Below are positions 49,501 through 60,833 of a stretch of 64,000 nt of DNA, piece after piece. The position numbers and the translations under genes were made by a program. The stretch covers positions 5,981,751-6,045,750 of the forward strand of contig OZ037773.1 in the NCBI GenBank assembly GCA_964035545.1, written 5' to 3'. The notes under the pieces are model-generated. The model was given only the letters and a program-made list of their open reading frames with translations. It was not told the origin of the DNA and searched no databases. The first letter of the stretch is position 1; each line of letters starts with the position of its first letter. The stretch comes from Bugula neritina (Eukaryota; Animalia; Bryozoa).

Positions 49501-52500
49501 TTTTCCCAACTTTTGTTCGTGGAAATATTCATTTCTCAAAAAGTTTTTGTGTCAGGCCAGAAATATTCAAGAATAGCACTCAATACATGTGTAGGTTCAT
49601 TTGGTGGAAATATGAACAAAATCTGAGACGCAAAGGCGTGGGCCATTGGTTGAGTTGACACGGGATGACCCAATAGTAAAACAGAAACAAATCAAAAATT
49701 TTCTAAACTCTGAATATTTTTAGATTTAGTAAACTTAACCTGCCTATCAAATTCTTCCTCTGAAAATTTCCTAGAAAAAGTATTTACAACTAGTACTTTT
49801 CTTGGAGACACTTTAAATACAAAATGTGTTCCATGCTTCAAAGTAACATCCAGTAATTAAAATTCAACAGGCTGACAGAAATATTCGGAGTTGCATGCTC
49901 TACATACTTTGTTCTGGCCATAACTCTGGTGACGCTCTATCCTCCAGGTTCTCTAAACTCATCAACTTGTATGAATCATTATCATATTCTACAACATATG
50001 TTAGAGTTATCTACTCTCGTCATATTCTACAACATATGTTAGAGTTATCTACTCTCGTCATATTCTACAACATATGTTAGAGTTATTTACTCTTGTCATA
50101 TTCTACAACATATGTTAGAGTTATTTACTCTCGTCATATTCTACAACATATGTTAGAGTTATTTACTCCTGTCATAGGCTACACACTAGTCTCCATTACT
50201 ATCTATATTCTGCACAGTTTTTCACACAAATGGACTTTTTTGAGAAAAATGAATAGAATTCTTCATACATGAAGACTCCAACTGCAGTCAGTAAATGGCC
50301 ATAAACAAAGTTGCATAACCGAGATTCAGGGAGACATCACTGTATGTATTGAGGTGCAACACTAGCTTCTACTTGTTCACCTTGCATTACAAAATGGGGC
50401 TATGCTGGTGCCCTGACAAAATCTTCAGTCTTTTCTAATAATAATTCAAAGGACTGTTTTTAGATAAGGTGAACTGTTTAGCCTGCACCGAATTATAACA
50501 CCAGCAGTTTTGTAAAATAATTACACAGACACAAAATCAATGAGCTGCAATATGGCAACCAATAATTTCTACAGCAATAATTGCAGATACCAAGCACAAG
50601 AAACAACGCTTAGAGTAAAATTTGGAGTTTAAGGCAGAAACACTACTTTCACATTTCTATACTTCATACTTGAAGCCAGAAAAAGTGAGTGTAAATTGCA
50701 TTTATGGCCAAGAGACGTTCAAAAAAGAAAAACACCAGTCGCTGTAAGAATAATTTCAAGTTTGAAAAGATTCGAAACATTACCACAGTTATGCTGCTCT
50801 ACACAATGTAGATTTACGAAACATTATTTTATATAATATTATTCTACATTAATGCTTATAGCAACTGAGCTAAGCATTAAAAAAACTGAGAAAATGCAAT
50901 TTGAATAATAGAAAGTGAAGCTACATTTCACAGCTGCTTGATAGAAAATGATAATAGCAATAACGGCATCAATCATAAAATACCATTCAGTTTTGGGTAG
51001 CAAAACAGTGTGCTTTTTCTACAAACATCTCATTAGATACAATACATCTACAGTTCTACAAGATATAAGGTTAAAAAAAATCTATAAGGGAAAATGTATA
51101 CTACTATTATTCTGCTTTATTCACATGGTATGTTTCACATATAAAATATATCCAATAATATAAACTGAAGTGTTCAACTATGAGATGAGATCTAGTTCAA
51201 TGTGAGTGATAGCAAGCTTCACGAAATAGTAAACTAGACACATGAAACATCAAAAAGTAGCAAAACGTGACTACTCCTAAGTTTGACTGTAACACTGGCT
51301 AAGTAAGGGACAGCGATGATAATAAGCTGACTTCATTAAACTCATGTTGAGCAGCAAGCTGTATTTGTTAGTGTAAGTGTGAGAGTAACACAGCAATTTA
51401 AAATCTGAATAACTATAGTATGAAAAGTAACAACTTCTCCCGTTGACTGAACTTGAACTACAAGAGTTTAATCAATAGCAACTATGAAATTAATAGAAAC
51501 AGTAAAGAGTAAAATTATAACTAAAAAATTTGTATCTGCTGTCACAGCAAACTGACTCAACATTTATCCAATTCAAGTCATGACTCAAGCAAGCAACATC
51601 AAGTCAAGTTGAGTTCACACAAGTAGATCGAGTCAATTTGCAATAACTTGCAAGTATTTGAAAATGTCAATAAATACAATACACTGAGGGTATTAAACCA
51701 TCAGACACACTGAGTAGTTCAAATAAAAAACATTGCAGCTTTAGATCTAATTATTTAATAGTTAATATTAAGCTTCATTGAATAAATAATAATAGTAATC
51801 TAATCAAATAAGTTGGGCCCTACAAAACTTCTATAAATAGCGTAAGAATAATTTGATGTTATTATGAGTAAGAGTTATCAAAACAGATAAACTCACAATA
51901 ACCAGGCACAACTACTTTTACTTGTAGTCTTACAGCTCTGTTTCAGTCCGAATTACAGTTACCAGTAATAGTGTGTTAATATATCATTATTACAATTGAT
52001 AACTATTAGTCTTGCCTGCTTTTTACCTTCAATTATAGTCTGCAAAAAAATTAATCAATACTTGAAATGACTTACAGGGAAAGTTCAAGAGCAACCCATC
52101 TGTAAGCTCAAACTAAAATCTATATTCATAATTAACTGATGGCAATTACCATCACAATCCATTATCATAATGATAATACGAAGAATCAAGATGGTGATCA
52201 TGGTGGTGTGTGACAAGGATCACTTTAGGTTTAATATCAACTTCAAGTTCATCATAAATCATGGTCAATTATTAGTATTACCTTCAACTCTAACAATCAT
52301 CATATCAACTTACTTTTGGAATTTGTTAATCTGACTCACATGAGCAACTGCAATGAAAATTGTCTACTTGGTCACACAAGGACAATCAATGAATCATGAT
52401 TATCATTGTGATGGTGCCAATCACTCAATCACAATGATAATCATGTTGGTATAGTCATATTAATATTTATATTAAATTTGATATAAAATTGATAAACGAA

Positions 52501-53167
52501 ATGATTAACTTAAAATTTAATTGACTATGATTGACATTCACATTGTTATTAATATTATCACCATCATTGCCTCATTATCTAATTCTAATTGCAATTCTAT
52601 TATATTAACATAAAATATATTATATTATACTGATAGTGATACTCATATCGATAATATTGATAATCATAATGATAATGTAAATGATATTCATAACCATATT
52701 GATATTGTAATTGATACTCATACTCATAGTATTATAATAAATAATTATAATTATATTTATTCATAATCATAAATTTATTACAATCATTATTTTAATGAGA
52801 ATGGTAATGAGAACTATTACTATTGTTATCAGTATCACCTAAGGCTCGAACAAAATACTCATACTGATACTGCAAGTGTAATACTAATACTAAGTCTAAT
52901 AGTAATACTAATACTAATAGTAATACTAATAGTAATACTAATAGTAATTGTCAAAATGAAAATTGAACTTTCACTTTTAATGATTTCTACCTCCTTTAAT
53001 ACGGATCAGTTTGAATAAGTAAAAAGTTTAATTCTATACTTAAACAATTAGAAATTACATTTTACAAAACATGATTACACAATCGATGAAATACACTACT
53101 ATTAGCAAATAAATGAAATGAAATAATTTAAATTACCCGCATTCGACGTATGTCCATTAGCGGCCAT
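46588..53167 (-). CDS. LIN52: LIN52 (MuvB/DREAM complex subunit), 128 aa. Exons 53167-53137, 49988-49908, 47846-47803, 47195-47033, 46655-46588.
   Basis: Translation MAANGHTSNAEYDNDSYKLMSLENLEDRASPELWPEQMPGVNEFAA...KPKWMNELETEDISMVQELGNLTPAQLLDKVRQLQNLAYQLGLDEAHEMTRGKFLNILQRPK matches LIN52 hallmarks (LxSxExL, RASPxLWPEQ, LQNLAYQLGLDE, EMTRGKFLNIL). It is missed by the ORF track because the exons are short. Confidence 0.96.
46857..46945. repeat. 22-bp minisatellite, 4 copies (gatgaggtagtttatattataa), in LIN52 intron 4
   Basis: Direct inspection. Confidence 0.8.
47943..49671. mobile_element. Non-autonomous DNA transposon with ~500-bp TIRs and a 4-bp TSD (AATA); Sola2-like by termini (inference)
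   Basis: 47943-48451 is a near-identical inverted copy of 49172-49671 (few substitutions, one ~9-bp indel). Ends are GGGTCA...TGACCC, flanked by aata (47939-47942) and aata (49672-49675). The 720-bp core has no intact transposase ORF. Confidence 0.9.
49982..50171. repeat. 38-bp tandem repeat, 5 copies, containing the LIN52 exon 2 branch point and acceptor
   Basis: Units start at 49982, 50020, 50058, 50096 and 50134. The minus-strand unit reads cgagagtagataactctaacatatgttgtag|aatatga. Confidence 0.95.
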
Positions 53168-53465
53168 ATTTGACACTTCCGGTTTGTTAGTACTCTCAAG
53201 CACAAATATAGTTAAAGTTTTTTTATTTTTAAAAACACAATTTTTTATTTATATAACTGTTGTTGTTATAATTTTTGTTGTGTTTGAAAAAAAATTGTTG
53301 TCAAGTTTAATTGATTATTTTCAAGGCTAACTACATAAAAAATTTGCAAGGCATTCAATTTCATTGCACACTACGTAAGCAGCTGCACGGCGTTTTGTGG
53401 TGGTTTCGGTTTGCTGCAACATCTGTCTTAGCTGTCCTATAAAATATTATTCCTTAGCTGCTTAC
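53168..53465. promoter_or_regulatory. Bidirectional promoter shared by LIN52 and ALDH6A1
   Basis: Only 298 bp separate the two ATGs. On the minus strand there is an ETS-type CCGGAAGT (53175-53182) and a YY1-like AAATATGGCCGC over the LIN52 start codon. Confidence 0.75.
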
Positions 53466-56400
53466 ATGGCTGGAATTATAAGAAATCGCCTTTGTTCTCA
53501 AGTAAGTGCAGTAACAGTACTTGCTCGTTTCTCTAAGCAGTCTTTAACATTAAGTATGAGTTAGAGTATCACTATCAGTATCAGTATGACTATGAGTATA
53601 ACTATAAGTATAACATTAACTATAAGTATAAGTATAAGTAATAGTATAACTATAAGTAATTTAGTATAACTCAAAAAACTTCTATTAGTAGTACTAGTTG
53701 TAGTACTAAGACTAGTAAGAGTAAGTACAACTCGAACTACAAACTCAAAGTTCTGCAAGTTCATAAGCATCAAATGTTTAACTTTATGATTAATACATTT
53801 TTCTTGTACATGCTGGTGCTCTTTGACCATTTAAAATTCCATCAGCTGTTGAAATATAGGTATTCAATTAAGTTGATCAGTTTAAAAAATTTAATTAACT
53901 TGTTGCTAGTCTTTGCTATTTAAGCTAGCCAAAATATTTAATCCTTTAATTATTTAATAAAATTAACAAACATGCAAAGCTATGCTTTAGACTTTTAAGC
54001 TGGCATGATTTGTGATTTGTTTTAATGAAAGCATTAGGCCTATATAATAGATTAGCAGATTCATTTATCTCGTTGTTATGAATATTTGTTTGCTGCTGCT
54101 GCTGTTTGGTGACTGTTTGTAGTATTTTATTATTTTTATTTATTTGTCACCGGACACATTAGTGTAGGCCTAATGCAACTATAGTTAGAGTATTAGCATG
54201 TTATTTGTTTATTTACAAATGTTGATTTGAGTATGTTGTAGAAGAAAAATTATAGGCTACTAGAGGAATTATATATACCTATATATTACTAATACTTCAA
54301 CATTTTCATAGCATTGTGTTACATTTTAACTCAGTTCACATCTATTTCATTTTAGTTTTAAATATCTGAAGCTGAGGGGATTTATAAATAGCGGAAGTTC
54401 TATATAATTTTACAGAGTGCAAGGAATGTAGTTTTCTTAGGGAGAGGGGGGGTGGGAGACATTGCATTGCATCCCATTTTGTGGGTTCCTTGTGAACTTT
54501 TATAACCCGCTTTCTTCCAATGTGGGGTGACATGTTGCCACATCTTGTAAATACTTTAAATGAGCTTCTATTTGAAATAATCCAACAGAGTTTTGACTTT
54601 TGATTTTTTCATTCACTTTTCATGCCTACTTATATTATAGCCAGTATTTATACTGAATTTAGCAGCGTGTTGTCATGTCTGTGATATGCTATAAATCAAT
54701 CAATGATTGTGTTTTGCTAAACTAACTCTGTGTATTCATAAATATTTTAGGCACTTCAACTTCAGAGGAGCCTCCGTAATGGGTACCACCTAAGAAGTGT
54801 GGTAAGTGATATCTCTACACTGATCATAAGTGAAATATTAGCGAGTATATGCATATCTCTATATTTAGCAACTAGATGTTGTCACAAGTAATTTATATTT
54901 GATACTTGCAAGGGCACAGTTGAAAGCTTGGTTAGCTTTGAACTCACGAATAGATTTTTATATATTTAATAATATGTATATTTTATATAAGAATGTATAG
55001 TTGTTATATTATATATATGGTATATGATAGTATGGATGTAATTTTATTACCAACTTTTAGAGCACCACCAAACTGTTCCTGGATGGCAAGTTTGTAGAAT
55101 CCAAGACAGATGAGTGGATCGATCTTCACAACCCTGTAAGTGTTACATTCTATTATATTCTAATAATTTCTTCTAACTCAGTAGTTCGAATAAATCGTTT
55201 TTATAACCTGTAAAACATATTATATATAATTTGTCTCATAAGTATGTTTTTTTATCTCCTTTGAGATGAATGAGAAACCCAGCACTTAGTTTCAGACACC
55301 TACTTGTTGCTAAGTTTATGGGGACGTGGCACACCCGCATTTATATTTATAGTTTTCTCGCTCAATAAAATCTAATGGTACATGCATATTCTTAGTCTTT
55401 ATACTGTAACCTATTCCCTCAGGTGTCTAACTACCTTTATTGGCCTGAGTCACCTTCCATCAAATGTGTTAGTTTATTAAAACAATTTGTACACTTTGTC
55501 TAAACTCTAAACCTTCTGTTTAATGTGTTAGTTTATTGAGTTTTTATGATTTTAACCTCACAAGGTCAAAATAGCATATTTCATATAAAAACGATACTGT
55601 CACCAATATCGCAGTTATGTTACTCTTGCTATGCTGGACATTTTGCTTTCTCCGGTATGATAAATAATGTGGACAGCCTTGTGATGGGATCAACTATTAC
55701 TAATAAGGCGCTTGTTAGCTAGATACCTTGAAGTTACCTTCTCTCTACTCTTCCCTCCAGGCCACCAATGAAGTGATCACCCGGGTGCCCGTGTCTACCA
55801 GGGCTGAGATGCAGGCAGCAGTCGACTCCAGTGCCGAGGCATTCAAGAGCTGGTCTCAGACCACGGTTCTGACTCGGCAGCAAATTATGTTCAGATTCGC
55901 TGACTTGGTTCGAAAAAATCTGGTAAATTTTTAGAACATTAAATTTTTTTGCATTTGCTGAAAAAAATTATTAAAGTATTATCTAGTACTTTATAGTATC
56001 TCGCTCTTGCTGCCTTTATAATTTAGTATCACACATGTAAGGTTTCTGTTTGTATGATGTTTCAGAAAGATATTGCTGCCAACATAACTCTGGAGCAAGG
56101 AAAGACCCTTGTGGACGCTGAAGGGGACGTCATGAGGGGACTTCGTAAGTTCTGATAGTGTTTAAACTTCAACTACATCTGTACATCTGTACTGGGTGTA
56201 TACTCCATATATACTGAATGTATACTATGTATATAGTATATACTGAATGTATACTCTGTGTATACTGAATGTATACTCCGTATATACTGAATGTATACTC
56301 TGTATATACTGTGTGTATACTCTGTATATACTGTGTGTATACTCTGTATATACTGTATGTATACTCTGTATATACTGTATGTATACTCCGTAAATAGATT

Positions 56401-59400
56401 TCACTAGTAGACAAATCTACTGGTACCGTGAGATCTATAGACCAGAAAGGTGAGCTAACCGCTCTACCTTCCCTTCCAAGGTTACCTTAGTGATAGAGTG
56501 GCTTAGGGGTCCTCTGCACTGCGCCCCCTACTATTCGGTGTATTAGGGAAAGCAATGGTAATGTTTTAAAGTAACTGAAGTCTCTTTTCATGAGATATAT
56601 ATTTGTAATGACACGCTTACCAACCACTATTTCCAGACAACAGAGCCTACGGGCTAGCATCTGCTTAGTATAAATAAATGTCTACACGTTTGTTGTCTAT
56701 TTACCAGAAGTGGTGATTGAGCATGCTTATTGTTTGGGCAAATCGTTGAGAATTTGTTCAGTGATATGGGCATTTATTCACACTGAGAGCTCTATAAAGT
56801 CTCTTTTTGTGGGGGGGGGTAACTTCTTTTAATTTGCCTGCCTGCATTCCATTCATGATTTTTATTAAACCACTGTCAATTATATTCATGCTTATGCTGA
56901 CTATTTTCACGACGCTGTAGAAGATTTTTAGAATAAATATATCAGAAATTAAATAACTGAAGAGCACCATGTGAAACTGTTACATTGATGGCAGGTCATA
57001 TAAAATAACAATAAGTTCTAGCTAGCACTTGCTAATCTTCCATCTACCTTTCTTTTCTCTAGAGGTCTGTGAACACGCCTGCAGCATCACCTCACTTTGC
57101 CTGGGGGAAACACTGCCCAATGTTGCTAAGGATATGGATATTCACTCTTATCGGGAACCCCTGGGGGTCACAGCCGGGATCACTCCTTTTAATTTCCCCG
57201 CTATGATTCCTTTGTGGGTAGGTGAAGATAAGTTACCGTGCTTTGCCTTGGACAGTAATCGTGCCCCCATGTTTGTTGGTTTCACACGGGTTGTTGGTGT
57301 TCATAAAAGCAGCACTTCTCTCTCTCTGTGTACTAGCAATCCAGGCTATTACTCTGTATTATATCTCAGTCCTGCTTTGGTCCCAAGTGTTTATTTAAAG
57401 CTCTGTCCACACTAAGCATAAACCTGATCATTCAGCTCTGCTATCAGCTTACTTTTAGCTGTAGTGTGAACTTGGCTTAAGGCTTGAGTCTTAAAGTGTC
57501 AAAATGTCTGCTATAATATGACCAAACAGATAATGGTAATTCTTGTAACAATGTGTAAACCTCTACTGTATTGTATTGCATTATTATAGATGTTTCCTTT
57601 GGCCACGGTTTGCGGAAACACAATGGTCATCAAACCGTCAGAACGAGATCCTGGTGCTACAATGATGCTCTGCGAACTGGCCAATGAGGCGGGATTTCCT
57701 GCCGGAGTTGTCAATGTGTTTCACGGTGCTACTGACGGTACGTAGAATTACTCCTTTTCTCTTGCTATTATCTAAGATCTAGATGCTTTTGGAAAAGATC
57801 TTTTCACAATGCTGTTTGCATTTGTCTCCCCTTCTCTCTTGCAGCTGTCAACTTTGTATGTGATGACCCGACTATCAAGGCCATCTCCTTTGTCGGCTCT
57901 GATACAGCCGGCCAGCACATTTACGAGCGAGGAGCCATGGCCGGGAAAAGGGTGCAGTCAAACATGGTTAGTTCCTTTTTTATATTTGGTTAAGACAGTT
58001 TTGGTTACTTTTTATTTCATGTGGAAAATTAACTTACTTGTTTAAAATACTTGACTTATTTTCTTTCAGTCAAAAGTCAAGTAAGTGTAGCTCAGACCAA
58101 AGGACTTTGTCCAGTTGAGATTACAGAATATATTACAGGATATATTATTATGACACACTTCCTTTATTGTTTTTAATTAGCAACTTGGGATTTGTCAACT
58201 CTAGTATAAAGAAAATAAAGTATAAAGAAATTGCCTTGGCCAGTCACCACTAACCAATAGTTTTAGAGTTTACTGTTGCATAAGTTGGTACTTTTTTTCT
58301 GTTGTTCTTCTATTGGCTGGACCGTAAATATATACAACTAGCTCCAAGTTGTCTGGCTAGACAAGCTGTTAAGACTTTTCACTCACCTTTTAGGGTGCGA
58401 AGAACCACGGAGTTATAATGCCTGACGCCAACAAGGAAGCCACTCTCAACTCATTGGTTGGTGCAGCCTTCGGCGCAGCCGGCCAGAGGTGCATGGCTCT
58501 GTCTACTGTGGTCTTCGTGGGGGAGTCCAAGAAATGGATCCCTGAAATCATTGAGAGAGCACAGAAACTAACAGTAACCGCAGGTACTCTTACAGTAGCA
58601 GGTGCTCTAACTCAAACTGACAGGTGCTCTAACTTACACTACCTCGACGCTATTATTTCATTACTCTAACACTGTGTAAGAATATAGGTTACCATGTGAG
58701 CTCTCCACATGAGAGATTTATTGTTATATAACTTTTATATTCTCCCATAGTGTTTGTCGTAGCTTCAACAACTGGTCATCATTTCTAAACTTCTTATTCT
58801 TTCACCGTGACTCTGTTAGCTCCACCTCCACTGAGTGCTCTACTTCTGTCTGTCCAGGTCACGAGCCCGGAGCCGACATCGGACCTCTGATTAGTCCTCA
58901 GGCTAAGCAGAGAGTCCTGGACCTGGTTGAGAGCGGTGTGAAGCAGGGCGCCGACTTGCTCTTGGATGGGAGAGATATAGTTGTGCCGGGGTATGAGAAA
59001 GGAAACTTTGTCGGGCCAACACTACTTAGCAATGTCAAGGTGAGGGTCACGCGCCAAAAGTTTAGTCAAAGAAATCGGCAGCTAGTGTTTGTTTGTCACT
59101 TTATGGTGTTGTTTTACCTCTTGACTTCATGAGCTCTTCAGTTAAACTGGCAAACTACTCTCTACTAATAATATCATATTACTTTAGATATCCTTCCAAT
59201 AGGCTGTAGGTTTGCCTCAATCTCGTGTGCATAGATCTTTCTTGTCTCTCCTTGTATTCATACGGTGTGTAGCGCACATAGGAATAGTTTGATTGGTTTG
59301 CTAGTTGAACTAGTTCGGGTATATTTGCCATTCGTGTATTGTGTGTGTGAGCTACTCAATTTATATCACAACATGTACAACTGTTGTTTTGTACACACAC

Positions 59401-60833
59401 AGCCAAACATGGACTGTTACACTGAAGAGATCTTTGGACCTGTTCTCGTAGCTATGGAGGTAGACACTCTCGATGAGGCCATCCAACTTATCAACAACAA
59501 TCGCTATGGCAACGGCACAGCAATATTCACCACCAACGGAGCCACCGCTAGAAAATTCACACAGCAGATTCATGTCGGACAGGTACGGCAATTTCTGTGA
59601 CTATTTTGGAGATAAAATTGTAGTTATTGGTTTCACTCATAGCTGTCTAAAGTGTATGTTAGTTGTTTACCGTGCGGAGCTAGTATTTGTGTCTGCTGTC
59701 ACAGCTAGAGGATGTTGGCACTGATTCTAACCAACACACTGTTAACATGTGTTCTACCAAAGAGAGGTGTTGTTTAACGTGATATTGTGTATTCAGGGAC
59801 ACGCTCACCCTTCTAGAATATTCTTAGTTTATACTGAGTCGATTCGAGAGGCATCAATATTTTTAGTAACATGCAAGTTTTAGGTGAAAGAAGGCGCTCA
59901 TGCTTCCTTAGAAATAATTATTTGAATACCTCATCACATAACCTATATAATAATTATAATATGTAATAACATATGTAATATATTCTGTAGTAACATATGC
60001 AATATATTCTGTAGTAACATATGTAATATATTCTGTAGTAACATATTATATCATAGATTATAAATAAAGTATTAGAATATCAAGCTATTTCTTTTTATTT
60101 GCTGAGCTGTGTATATCTTCATGAACTGTAAATCATGTGTAGTCTTTTCTGCACATATAAACTTAGTTCTAGTTTTGGAATTGATTCCATTATAGGTTGG
60201 CGTCAATGTGCCCATCCCTGTGCCTCTTCCAATGTTTTCCTTTACTGGGTCCAGAGGCTCATTCCGTGGAGATCTGAACTTCTATGGCAAAGCTGTGAGT
60301 ATCTGTTGATACAAAATGACAAAGTTATATCATTTTTTGTTTAATGGACTTTGCTCTATGCTCTATAATGCTCTCAAGCATGCAAGGTTGACTGTAGTGT
60401 GGCAACAGGCGAGACAGTATTGAACAGCTAGAGGCTGTAACCTGGTCAATTTGGCAACTTTATTACAAAAATCCTGGTAAAGAAAGTAATTTTATATATG
60501 TATATATCAATGGAATCCTTTCGGAGTTGCAATATCTTGGATTTTTGTAGATCGTGGATTATTGTGTTATTCTGTTTAAAGCACTTAGAAATTTAATCCA
60601 ATTATGTTCAAGTCTTAATACAAATATCTCTGGTAAACAACGTTGCTTTTTTCGTGATCTCAATCAATTACTTCCCAACTTTAAAATTTGCAAAGCACGA
60701 TATGACAAAGAGACACCCTTTATACTTGCAGGGGGTGCAGTTCTATACTCAACTTAAGACTGTTACTCAACTGTGGAGGGAAGAAGACACATCTTCTACT
60801 AAAGCTACAGTCGCTATGCCTGTGATGAAGTAA
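53466..60833 (+). CDS. ALDH6A1: Mitochondrial methylmalonate-semialdehyde dehydrogenase (acylating), 526 aa. Exons 53466-53501, 54751-54801, 55061-55135, 55761-55922, 56066-56144, 57063-57217, 57590-57737, 57845-57966, 58394-58583, 58858-59039, 59403-59582, 60196-60294, 60732-60833.
   Basis: Motifs [57 protein letters not shown] (catalytic Cys), EEIFGPVL and [22 protein letters not shown] are ALDH6-type. All junctions are GT-AG and in phase (1581 nt). Confidence 0.98.
56190..56392. repeat. 22-bp minisatellite (gtatactctgtatatactgtat) in ALDH6A1 intron 5
   Basis: Direct inspection; about 9 units. Confidence 0.9.
59967..60045. repeat. 24-bp minisatellite, 3 copies (taacatatgtaatatattctgtag), in ALDH6A1 intron 11
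   Basis: Direct inspection. Confidence 0.8.

Noticed and set aside
47956-49658. Twin ~90-aa ORFs at 47956-48231 (-) and 49392-49658 (+)
   Set aside because: They are the same sequence read from each TIR, with a non-ATG start and no transposase motifs.
49982-50171. 38-bp repeats as a CRISPR-like array
   Set aside because: The units are contiguous with no unique spacers, there are no cas genes, and the context is a eukaryotic intron.
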